Shown here: positions 52,032 to 64,000 of the stretch, one piece after another | Position numbering within the stretch: position 1 is the stretch's first letter | Layout: every line of letters begins with the position of its first letter | Source: Mobula hypostoma | Lineage: Eukaryota | Length of the DNA stretch: 64,000 bases | NCBI RefSeq assembly: GCF_963921235.1 | Contig: NC_086097.1 | Span: 237,028,001-237,092,000, forward strand | Reading direction: 5' to 3' | Position numbers and translations under genes: made by a program | Notes under the pieces: model-generated | Seen by the model: only the letters and a program-made list of their open reading frames with translations | Databases searched by the model: none | What the model was told of the DNA's origin: nothing

Positions 52032-52520
52032 TACAGGACTGTGCAAAAGTCTTGGGCACATATATGTAGCTATGGTGCTTGTACGTCTGCCGGGAGTAAA
52101 GGATATTGGGAATGGCGAGAGTGGAGCACCATGGGAGGGGTGTGGGACAGGTGGCAGAGAAGGGGTGCTAGGGCCAAGTCACACAGGTGCAAATACACCC
52201 AACACTAAGATACCACGCAAGGTCATTTGATTCCAAACAGTTGCCTTATCTATCATTACTAAATGTGTCTTTTGTGCTTCCTGCTTCATCCCCTTTACCC
52301 AACCATGATTCTCCTCTCCCTGCCCCTTTCCTACTCTCAGTCCACAATAGAGACCCATATCTGAATCAGGTTTATCATCACTCACATATGTCATGACTTT
52401 TTTTGTGTCAGCAGTACATAATCTTCATAATCTAAAAAAAATGACTACAATACTGTGCAAAAATCTTAGTTACCCTCTCTCTATATATATATGTGCCTAA
52501 GACTTTTGCACAGTACTGTA
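52032..52520. mobile_element. Second copy of the Tc1-type MITE
   Basis: tacaggactgtgcaaaagtcttgggcac ... gtgcctaagacttttgcacagtactgta; same internal sequence. Confidence 0.78.
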
Positions 52521-54004
52521 AGCTTAGTGAATAAATACATTGCATCCACCAGTTTAATTGTCCAAATCTAGCAAGTTGCAACCAGTAAATGTCACATCCT
52601 TCCATATATCAAGTTTTCTCAATCCCAGAAAGTTTAGTCAGCAACCTGCAATTAAAATGGCAATCATATAAAAGGGTTAAAGTCATATAAATGGAATACT
52701 GCAGCTGCCCAGCTCTTAGATTGCTAGCCCCTACACACCTCTCCTCTCCACCTAACTTCTGCTTTATATCTATTAAAAACTATATTTTCTTTTTATTTAT
52801 TCACCAGATGAAGATATCATTGGCTAAATACCAACCTTTTAATGTGTAATCTAAATTAGTCCTGAAAACAATGGCTTGAAAGCCATTTTGGGGGCAATTA
52901 AGATCAAACATCGTGTTGTGGGCTTTGTTTAATCTGAGTAAATACAGAAGGCTTCCTTCCCTGAGTTGCATGAATGAACCCAAATGGATTTTATTTTACA
53001 ATGATCCAGTAATTTTTATGTCTATTAAATAATTATGCTCTGCGGAAGGCTAGATAGGATTTAAGATCAGTTCAGTAGTTCAAGCTTTTGGAATCGAGTC
53101 CAATAACTTTGTTGTCATATCTTTTAAACAAAAAAATGAACTGAGGTTTTGAAGGTCACCCTCAACAGAAAACCAATCCTGTCTGAGTTAAAACACCTCC
53201 CGTTCCAAAAGATCCTTGACCTAAGATGTATGTTACAAATGTGGACAGAAAGGGCAGAGGATCAATTAAATAGCAATCGTTCATTGTCAAAATGGGACGC
53301 TAATAATAGTTACAATATTATTGATCTAAAGATTTTTTAACAGAATGTGGATATACATTAAACTTGGGACTTTCTCGGTACCAATTACATAAATTCAAAA
53401 CACAGGGAACTTTACTAGATTCATGATAGATAAGGGCATCAAACTTTATGGACAGAAGGCAAGAGAATGGGGAAAATAAATCAGTCATGATCAAATGGCA
53501 GAGCAGATTCGAGGATATCTTCAAAAGGCGGGTGTGTCAAGAGGGCAGCATTCATTATTATGGACCCTCACATCCAGAACATGCCCACTTCTCATTGCTA
53601 TCCTCAGAGAGGAAGTACAGGAGCCTGAAGACCCTCGGTCGATGTTTTAGGATTAGTTTCATCCCCTCCGCCATCAGATTTCTGAATGGTTAATGAACCA
53701 TGAACACTACCTCACTGTTTTGTTAAGTGCAACTTATAATACTTATATATTTAAAGTAACTATTTTATATATTACACTGCACTGCTTCCACAACATGTCA
53801 GTGATAATAAACCAGATTCTGGCTGCATAGAAACACTCTCCCCCTTTACAAGCTTATCAGTAACATTGCAGATGTACTTCCCCTTTCCAACAGATCATCT
53901 TACTTGTAGATTAACTTTCAATTCTATTCAAATTGTTGCTTCACATTAGCCACAGTGAAGAGAAAAGAAAATCCCATTGTAACATCACTATATACAGTTT
54001 TGTC

Positions 54005-54411
54005 TGTGGATTGTCACCTTGTTGCGGTGGAGAGGCTTGTGTGGTCCTGTGATCCTGAGAGCAAGGCCGTGTGGAGCAATGCTCCTGGTAGGACCACCCA
54101 TGGTGGTAAGGTCGAGGGTGAGGTCCCTGACAAAGAACAATCCAACGAAGACCTCAACGGCGGAACAGGCGGACAAAGTTACTTCGAACTCAACGGCTGT
54201 GAAGGCGGATGAAGGCTGCATCAAATCCATCAGCTCCGATCGTCGTGGTTTCCATGCCATTGGAATCAGTTGGTTGATTTGTGAAGTATCGTGTGCTTCT
54301 TGGAGTGCAACATCAAGTACACGTTAAACAAATACACACACAGGCATCTTCACTCTTCAGAACGAAGACCATTATCCTCGACCTCAAGGGGCAGCCAAGA
54401 CGACGACGACA
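54005..54411 (+). mobile_element. Probable non-autonomous RTE derivative (5' UTR joined to a short tail)
   Basis: caccttgttgcggtggagaggcttgtgtg..gctcctggtagg resembles recalled RTE/Expander 5' UTRs; ends in (GAC)n. Confidence 0.45.
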
Positions 54412-55019
54412 ACAGTATTGTGTTGAAATAAAGAGATATGACTAGTAATGTGACCTTAGCTCAATTTTTTACAATCCACTGAATACACTGTCTTTCTTTA
54501 AGAATGCACTGACGTCACCAGGGTTAAGTTATTGAGCTATAGTACAAAATGTCAGCCATCTATTATACAATATTCTGTTTCCCGGTCTAGGCTAGGTTCA
54601 ACAGCATGGAGATAAGAATGAAGGAAACAGGAAGACGTATGTTCAGAGAGGTTTAAATTCCTAACAGAAATGACAACCTTTCCCTTCGCATCAAACCTGG
54701 CAAGCCTTATATGCTACCCCGTTTCACCCATGCATTATGGATAGTCATCTGGTTATAAAAGAATTCACGTGCTAATTGGTAAATTACACAGCTTGAGCAC
54801 AGATTCCAATATGTTGGTGTGCAGGCAGCCTGTCTGTACTGATGACCGATTTCTGTAAAGAGGACATTGATGGCTCCTTCTGTGCATCACACACTCATGA
54901 CTTTGGCAGCCCCCATATTTACAAGCTGTGGCAGTAAACAATATCAAAATAAACTTGAATTTGACTTTGTGTCCATCATGCACGCTCACAAAACTAGAAT
55001 AAGATCTCAAACAAGCTTA

Positions 55020-55199
<180 letters not shown>

Positions 55200-55377
55200 T
55201 TAACAGTGAAAATAAAAGGTCATGTGGCACTTTCAATTTTAAAAAAACACTTCCTTTGAAGTTCAGCAGAAGTACAACTAACATTTAGGATTAAGCACTT
55301 TAATTCTGAGTGCACAAAGTATAATTGAAATTTTAAAACCAATCTAGTTGTTAAAGGGAAGAAAAACAAATGTATTA

Positions 55378-55602
<225 letters not shown>

Positions 55603-55656
55603 TTACTATCTCTCAGTATGCGTTACTGACACACAATACACTAATTAGGTTGCATA

Positions 55657-56151
55657 TACTGTGCCTTAGGCATATATATAGCTAGGGTGCCTAAGACTTT
55701 TGCAGAGTATTGTATTTGTCAATGTGGAGTGGAGAGCAAGTTTGTATATATGGCAAGAGCAAAGGATGTTGGGAAAGGCAAGGGTGGAGTTCTGCAGAAG
55801 CGGTGCGGGACAGGTGGAAGAGAAGGAGTGCACAGATGCAGACACACCCAGCCCTGAGACACCAGGCAAGGTCATTTGATTCCAAACAAAAGAGTTTATT
55901 GATCATTACAAGAAGTCCCTCTGGTGCTTCCAGCTCCCTTCTCCCTTTCCCAACCATGATTCCTCTCTTCCTGGCCCCTTCCCACTCTCGGTCCATAACA
56001 AAGATCCATATCAGAATCAGGTTTATCATCACTTACGTGTCATGAAATTTGTTGTTTTTTTTACAGCAGTAATACATAAACTTATCACTGTGCAAGAGTC
56101 TTTGACACCCCAGCTATATATATATGCCTAAGACTTTTGCACAGCACTGTA
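55657..56151. mobile_element. Third copy of the Tc1-type MITE
   Basis: Same termini and internal sequence; about 90 bp from the acceptor of exon 55395-55568. Confidence 0.78.
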
Positions 56152-57100
56152 CCATGATAAAGTGACTTAGCAGTGCGAACAAACAGGACTCATTCAGTTT
56201 TCCCAGCTCCATTGTGTTGTACCAGAAAGCAGCAGCACCAAGACTGTGCCTATGATTGCCCTCACGATTGTCCCATAGGATTTCTGAATCAGGGGCAGTT
56301 TCTTCAAACGAAAATATAACTCAGGTTTGTGGCTGCTAAACTCTGTCTCCTTTCAGGCAACACCCAGTGGTTTGGGGACACACTAACTGTTTTAGTTGAC
56401 AGGTATGCAGGAATGTATTTAATTATAAATATACACATTTTAACATGAAAACACAATAATGGCGGGAATAAAACTAGCAATTGCAATATGAGTAGGAATA
56501 GTTAAAATTTCCTTAATTTGAGTAAATGTTTGTATCCATTGCGTTTTCAGGGAGAGTTTTATTCACATTTATATTCGAACTTACATGGAGAGGCATATTT
56601 GGCCCACAACAGCAATACAGGCACAGTTTGTTGGCTTCTACTGTCTAGTTGATCTTTCATTGATCTTGTTATAGTTACTATTCTATAGATTTGCTGAGTA
56701 TGCCCACAGGACAATGAATTTCAGGGTTGTATATTGTAACATATATGCACTTTGATAATACAATTTACTTTGAACTTTCTCCACTCTGACTTCTTTCTCG
56801 TTCTTCCTGAACTAAACATATTACTCAGAGTGTTCTCACCAAGCTTTGTTGCACTTATTTTACCTTCACCATTTGAAAAAAATTATTCTTTTGTCAATGT
56901 GCTTGTTTATCTTCTGTGATTATTCTATTAATTTGCCTCAAAGTCCAGTGCATTAAGTATCATAATTCTGAGAATGTTCTGCACCTCTCTCACTTGCTGA
57001 GTAACATCACCCTATTTTCCAGTTCGAAGGTAATACATAACAAATTTCTGTGCTGAGAACGTTGAAAGTGAGTCAAATTAAGTTTTAAAATAATATTTAC

Positions 57101-57295
57101 TCTGACAGCGTGGTCTTGCTCGTCCCCAGCTCCAAGTTCCATTAGCCAAGCATGTGATTGTGGTGGGGCCAAGTCGGTAGTAGCCAGGGTCACAGGTGAA
57201 GACAATCTTTGTTTTAAATTCATAATTTGATCCATTCACGATTCTCCAACTACCATGCTCCAAAGTGAAAGAACTGATGCTGGGGCATGTTATCA
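57101..57295 (-). CDS. CSMD3: CSMD3 coding exon (Sushi/CCP domain), first exon recognised in window
   Basis: 195 bp, atcag|TG...CAGA|gtaaat; translates VITCPSISSFTLEHGSWRIVNGSNYEFKTKIVFTCDPGYYRLGPTTITCLANGTWSWGRARPRCQ, matching the recalled CSMD3 sushi repeat (4 Cys + Trp). Confidence 0.93.
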
Positions 57296-58399
57296 CTGAT
57301 AACAAGACAGATAATAAACTGATTAATTATAAAGGCCAAAAATCAGATACAGTAAAATACATTCATTATTGTGTTACAGAGCAATACAATTCCCGTTAAC
57401 AATTATCAGAATTCAGGCACACCATAACTTAAAAAATGGGATGGATTTTGCTCTCAGCAATTTTGTACTCGTACTAACTACATTTCCGGAACTAATATAA
57501 TGCCGCACTCTTGGCCGGAAGTTCGTAAGTTTCAAGATCAGACTGATCACTGTGAATAATCAGTAAGGAGCAGTGTGGAATTTGAGCCAGGAAAATTTAA
57601 CTCAAAGTCAAATCAGCTTCAAAAAATAAACTAAGGGGTGGGAATAAAGATAACATAAGAAACAAATGAAAATATAAAGAAAGGTTTATGTCTTACAAAT
57701 CAACTTTAATTAGAATCTCAAGAAATAAGACTACATTAGACAGAGTTGATTTTATTTAAGTTAACAATTTTTGCCTAGTTTGCCAAGTAGTGCGAACCAA
57801 TCAGGAAGTCAAAAGGCAAACATGCCACATACCACATGACTTCTTCACTTCCTATCTACCTGAATAGCCACTTTCAGGGAAATTTAGACTTGAACCCCAT
57901 TGTCCCCTGTTCATCAATTATCCCTTGTCGCCTGCATTTACTGTGTACGTCCTGCACATATTTGACTTCACATTAAAGTGAAAAGTAATTTTTCAACCGA
58001 ACTCTTAGGGGGTTTTGTAGAAATGTGAAAAGCTGTGATGTTGAATTTGGTGCCATGTGAACGAGCCTTTCAGTCAACCATCAGCTTGATCCAATCATTA
58101 AATTTCAGACTGGCAGAAGTCAAGCAAGGTTGCTGGCCTGAAATGTTATGAGCCCATGGAAGCTGGTCCACAAGGTTAAAGATTAGTGTTTGTCAGATTC
58201 AGAGCAGGCTGGCAAATCATCTTGACAACAGGAGCACATGAGGATCTGCAGATGCTGGAAATCGAGAGCAACACACAGAAAATGCTGAAAAATTCAATAA
58301 GTCAGGTAGCATCTATGGAAATGCATAAACAGTCAACGTTATGGGCCGAGACCCTTCATCAAGACCTGATCAAACCCGATGAATTGATGATAATCAGTA

Positions 58400-59168
58400 C
58401 TGACGTTTTAGAGGTTCTGTCCTGTGTTCAGCACATAAGTGTCATTACAAAGAAAGCATCACAACCCCTCTACTTTCTGAGAAGTATGCAAAGGTTCAGA
58501 ATGTCATCTTAAACCTTGACAAATTTCTGTAGATGCATGGAGGAGTGTATACTGACTGATTGCATCACATCCTGGTATAGAAACATCAATGCTGTTGAAC
58601 AGAAAAGTCAGAAAAATTTGAGTATACAGCCCAGTCCACCATGGGTAAAGCCTTCCTCAACAGTGAGGAGATCTACAAGGAATGCTGTTGTAGGAAAGTC
58701 GCATCCATCATCAAGGACCCCCACCATCCAGGACATGGTCTCTTCTCAAAGATGCCATCAGGAAGGAAGTTACAGGAGCTCCAGGATCCACACCACTAGG
58801 TTCAGGAACAATTATTATCCCTAAACCATCAGGCTCTTGAACTAGAGGGGATAACTTCACTCAGTTTCACTCTCCTCATCACTGATCTGTTCCCACATCC
58901 TATGGATTCAATTTCAAGAATGTTCATCTCATGTTCTTATTGTTTATTTGTTTATTTATTTATTATGATTTATTTGTTTTTTTTCCTTTTGCATTTTTAC
59001 AGTTTGTTGTCTTTTGCACATTGGCTGCTTGTCCGTCTTGGTGTGTGTAGTTCTTCATTGATTCTGTAGTGTTTCTTTGGATTTGCTGTGAATGCCCACA
59101 AGAAAATGAATCTCAGGGCAGTATATGGTGACATATATGCACTTTGATAATAGATTTTCTTTGAACTT
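58400..59168 (+). mobile_element. Rex1/Babar-like 3' fragment
   Basis: ITKKASQPLYFLRSMQRF, ECILTDCITSWY; 3' UTR ending aatctcagggcagtatatggtgacat. Confidence 0.7.
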
Positions 59169-59859
59169 CGATGAGCAGTCTCAGCCCAAAACGTTGACTC
59201 TTTATTGCTCTCCATAGATGCTGCCTGATCTCCTGAGTTCCTCCAGCATTTTCTGTCTGTTGGTAACAGGAGGTGGTTGTGGTTAAGGGCTGCTCTTCTG
59301 ATTGGAAGTCGGTGACCACTGGTGCATGAAAAGAGTCCAAGCTGGGATCTTTGATGTATGTGATATAAACATACTTTGTTAATAATGTAGAATAATTAGA
59401 CTCATAGAGTCATTTATATATGTTGGACGAAAACATGCTCCCGTCCCATACTATCAAAATTTGCCTTGCCTTTAGAACCTGAACCTGTAGATAAGTTCTG
59501 TTCCTTTCCATAACTATTTCAAAACTAACAGACTATAGTCGATGCTCCTCCACTGTCATCTCAGCCACCTGCTCCAAGCTATTACTGTACCTAAAAGTAG
59601 GTCAAGCTGTGTCCCCTTCCTGGTAGGGCCCTCTATATGTTGCCCAAGGAATGCTTCCTGAACTTATCTACTGTATGTATGTTAGGAAAGTTAAAATGCC
59701 CTATTATACCAACACCATTTTTCTCAAAACTTTTCACATTCTCCCTGCATGTTTGTTCTTCTAATTCCCATTGAATATTAGTGGGTCTATTGATAATCCC
59801 AGCCATGTCTTGATTACCTTCTTATTTCTCAGCTCCACCTCTTTAAAGCCTGATATCAG

Positions 59860-61285
59860 TAGTAGATAAATTATTGGAAGATATTCTAAGGGACAGGGAT
59901 ATATACGTATTTGGTAGATGGGACATGATTAAGGATACCCAACCACAAACTGTTCCAGCTGCTACCATCCAAGAAACAGTACCACAGCATAAAAGCCAGG
60001 ACCAACAGGCTCCGGGACAGCTTCTTCCACCAGGCCATCAGACTGATTAACTCACGCTGACACAACTGTATTTCTATGTTATATTGATTATCCTGTTGGA
60101 CATACTATTTATTATAAATTACTTTAAATTGCATTTAGACAGAGACGTAACATAAAGATTTTTTCTCCTTATGTATATGAAGGATAGAAGTAATAAAGTC
60201 AATTCAATTCAGTTCAATTCAATGGGCTTGTGCATGGTAGGTCCTGCCTAACCAATCTTATAGATTTTTACGAGGAGGTAATCAGAGAAGTTGATGAAGG
60301 CAAGTTAATGGATATTGTCTACATGGTCTTTATCAAGGTCTTTGACAAGGTCCCTCATGGGAAGCTGGTCAAGAAGGGTCAGTTGTTACGACATTCAGGA
60401 TGAGGAAGTAAATTGGATTCTGTGTTGGCTTCACAAGAGAAGCCAGGGAGTCATAGTAGGTGGTTGCCTTTCTGACTGGAGACTGTGACTAGTGGCGTGT
60501 CCCAAGGATCGGTGCTGGGATCATTGTTGTTTGGCATCAATGTCAATGATCTGGAAAATGTGGCATACTGTATAAAATTTGTGGAAAACACCAGGACTGT
60601 GGGCACAATGCAGAGCGAGGAAGGCTATCAAAGCATGCATTGGAATCTGGACCTGTTGAAACATGGCAGATGGAATTTAATGCAGACAAGTGTGAGCTGT
60701 TGGACAAACCAGAGTCAGACTTAGAAGTGAACGGTAGGGCACGGAGGAGTGTGTTAGACGAGAGGGATCAGGGAATACAGATCCATAATTCCTTCAAAGT
60801 GACGTTGCTGGTAGATAGGGTGGCAAAGAAAGTTTTTGGCACTTTGGACTTCATAAATCAAAGTATTGAATAGAGGAGTTGGGATGTTATGTTGAAGTTT
60901 CATAAGATGCTGGTAAGTATTGTGTAGATAGATATACTTTATTGATCCCAAGGGAAATTGGGTAAATCATTCGCCCTTCCCCACCCACACCTCCTAGGAA
61001 TTTGCTGATCCCATGTGTGCAATTCTGGTCACCTACCTGTAGGGAAGATATTAATATGATAGAAAGAGTGCAGGGAAAAATTTACAAGGATGTTGCTGGG
61101 ACTTGAGGACCTGAGTTATAAGGAAAGGCTGAACAGGTTAGGACCTTATTCCCCAGAGCATAGAAGTGGTGGATGCAGGTTCAATTTCTACACTTAAGAG
61201 CAGTTTTGATAAGATTATCAAGGGGTTTGGAGGACTATAGTCCAGCATGGACTAGATGGGCATTATGGCCTGTTTCTGAGCTGTA
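59860..61285 (+). mobile_element. Decayed CR1 LINE with a Rex-like 3' end inserted (about 59937-60222)
   Basis: SGVSQGSVLG, WQMEFNADKC; insert ends in aataaa and (attca)n. Confidence 0.75.
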
Positions 61286-61899
61286 GTGCTGTGAGGCTCT
61301 ATGGCTCCAGTAACATATGCCATCATCTGCAGTCCTGCTGCTTCCTCAATCCTGAGTCACCACTGACTCTATGTTGGAGTGGAGGCAGCATCCACTTTCA
61401 AACCCATGCCTCCTGTACCCTCCATTCTCCCCTCCCCACCCACACCCCCAGGTATTTGCTGATCCCATGGCATCAGTGGAAGTTATAGCGTAAATGTGCA
61501 AATCACACAGCTGAGATCATAGGCCATAAGATATAAGACATTGAGCCTGCTCCGCCATTCCATCATGGCTGATATATTAACCTCTCAACTCCATTCTCTG
61601 ACCTACTCCCTGTAAATTTTGACGCCCTTGCTAATCAAGAAGCTATCAGCCTCAGCTTTCAATATACCCATTGACTTGTTCTCCATAGCTATCTGTGGCA
61701 ATGAATTGCACAGATTTGCCACCTTCTAGCTAAAGAGATTCCTCCTCATCTCTTTTCTAAACAAACGTCCTTGCATTTTGAGACTGTGTGCATAATTGTG
61801 CAGGTCATACTTCACAAAGGGAGGAAAGAATGATAATTATATTTTTTAAAGCAAGGATGCTTTTTTAATTAATAACATTTTTTTAGGTTAGGATCCAAC

Positions 61900-62605
61900 A
61901 GAATCAGAATCAGGTTTAATATCACCAACATATGTTGCGAAATTTGTTAATTTTGTAACCGCAGTACAATGCAATCCATAAGTATAGAAAAAACCCAAAA
62001 TACAGTAAATATATATATATATTAAATAGTTCAGTTCAAATATGTAGTGCAAAAACAGAAATAAATAAAAAAGTTAAATTAAATAAGTAGTGCATAAAGA
62101 GGTAATAAAAATGGAATGATATAGTGTTCATGGGTTCAACGTCCATTTAAAAAATTGGTTGGCAGATGGCAATAAGCTTTTCCTCAGTCACTGAGAGTGT
62201 GCCTTCAGGCTTCTGTATCTCCTTCTTGATGGTAACAGTGAGAAAAGGGCATGTCCTGGGTGGTGGGGGTCCTTAATGATGGATGCTGCTTTCCTGAGGC
62301 ACTGCTCCTTGAAGATGTCTTGGATACTACAAAGACTAGCAGTACCCATGATGAAGCTTACCAATTTTACAACTTTCTGCAATATACTCCGATCTTGTAC
62401 AGCAGTCCACCCCACCTCCCTCATACCAGACAGTGATGCAGCCAGTCAGAATGCTCTCCACAGTGCATCTGTAAAGGTTTACAGGTGTTTTAGGTGACAA
62501 ACCAAATCTCCTCAAGCACCAAATGAAATAGCAGCCGTCGTGCCTTCTTTGCAACTACATCAATATGTTGCGACCAGGTTAGGTCCTCAGAGATATTGAC
62601 ACCAG
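61900..62605 (-). mobile_element. Rex1/Babar-like 3' fragment
   Basis: CTVESILTGCITVWY, KAASIIKDPHHPGHALFSLLPS; (attctg)n tail. Confidence 0.75.
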
Positions 62606-63254
62606 ATGACGCATGATTCAGCAACAGGGCCAAATGCATTATCCATTCAGAATATTGAAAATGGGTGCATTTGTTTCATGGCACTGATGTTCTCCTGCAA
62701 TGTTTTCTGTCTACTGCTCAAATGCTACATATGTTGAAATTATTTCCAGCATAGCAAAGCAAATGCTATTAATCTATATCAGAACAAGGAACTGGCCTGT
62801 TTAAGCCTGAGGATACTGTTACACAGTTCCCTCATAAACCCAATGTTCCTTTCTGCTCTCTGTAACACCGAAACAACTGCACATCTACACTCTTCGATCC
62901 CTTGGGTTTAAGGTTTGCCAGCAATTCTCTCATGTGCTAATTCTCAACTGTTTGTGTGAATACATTCTTGGTGCTAATGAAGCCAGAGACTACAATATCA
63001 CTGAGACCGTCCAGAAAGGATAAACTGCCAGAATTATCAAAAGCAGTATGGGGCAGATTTCTATGGTGCTCCAGGGAGTGTTTAAATGAAATTAAAAAAA
63101 TCCATGAAGCTTACGATGTCACCATCTCTGTGACAGAGTTGTTGACATTCCTGTAATTAAACTAACATTTTTGGAACTACCAACACGGAACTCTAAATAT
63201 GTTTTCATGAGCACAAACATAAAACAAGAAATACTAGGCTAAAATCCTTCACAA

Positions 63255-63950
63255 ATTAGAACATTTTGAGGATCTGTCCAGGACCCTCCACATAAGAGCA
63301 ATTGCAAAGCAAACATGGCAGCACCTCTGTTTTCTTAGGAGTCTGCATAGATTCCGCATGACATCTAAAACTTCGATAAGTTTCTATAGATGTGTCGTGA
63401 AGAGTGTATTGACTGGCTGCATCATAGCTTGGTATGGGAAACGGCAATATCTTTGAACTGAAAATTCCACAGAAGGTAGTGGATTCAACCCAGTCCATCA
63501 CCGGTCAAGGCCTCTCAATCATTGAAACATGAAACACTGTCGTAGAAAAGCAGCAGCCATCATCAGAAATCCCTACCACCAAGGTCATGCTCTCTTCTTG
63601 CTGCTGCAATCAGGTAGAAGTTACAAGAGCCTCAGGACTCACACCACTAGGTTCAAGAACAGTTACTACCCCTCAACCATCAGGATCTTGAATAAAAGGG
63701 GATAACTGCTCACTTGTAACCCTCTTTGAGATATTCCCACAAGCAACGAGCTTACTTTGACAACTCTTTATCTCATTATCTCGTTTTCTCGTTACTTATT
63801 GATATTTAATATTATTTGCAGTTACACAGTTAGTCGTCTTCTGCACTCTGGTTGATCTTTCATTGATCCTGTTATAGTTACTGTTCTATAGATCTCCAAG
63901 ATTGTATGTGATGACATATATGTACTTTGGTAATAAAACTTACTTTGAAC
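63255..63950 (+). mobile_element. Rex1/Babar-like 3' fragment
   Basis: gtattgactggctgcatcatagcttggtatgg and ggtcatgctctcttcttgctgctg segments shared with other Rex copies. Confidence 0.7.
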
Positions 63951-64000
63951 ATTTAAATAGCTGCAGGAGATATTAGTATAAATTTTCTTTGTCATATCTG

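Overview
Vertebrate genomic DNA; the repeat content suggests a cartilaginous fish, probably a ray (inference). The window lies inside a large minus-strand gene, CSMD3. Seven consecutive Sushi/CCP-domain exons are recognisable (57101-57295, 55395-55568, 55025-55198, 45716-45889, 37289-37474, 36681-36854, 18151-18333). All are phase 1-1 with GT/AG ends and splice into one open frame. The introns are filled with nested transposable elements: CR1 and Rex1/Babar LINE fragments, an internally deleted L1, RTE ends, several SINE families, two solo LTRs, Tc1- and hAT-type MITEs, and many Penelope-like element (PLE) pieces. The most striking system is a young PLE (RT + Cys linker + GIY-YIG, 14-bp TSD) whose 3' end carries a minimal type I hammerhead ribozyme motif. 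The same ribozyme-bearing tail is dispersed as 90-135 bp solo mini-elements and as fold-back hairpins with their own 11-14 bp TSDs, many starting at the ribozyme 5' stem. Hammerheads in PLEs are established knowledge; the mini-element boundary, fold-back and strand-bias patterns are what merit checking. Exon and TSD coordinates were counted by hand; boundaries of decayed repeats are approximate and family names come from motif recognition, not database searches.
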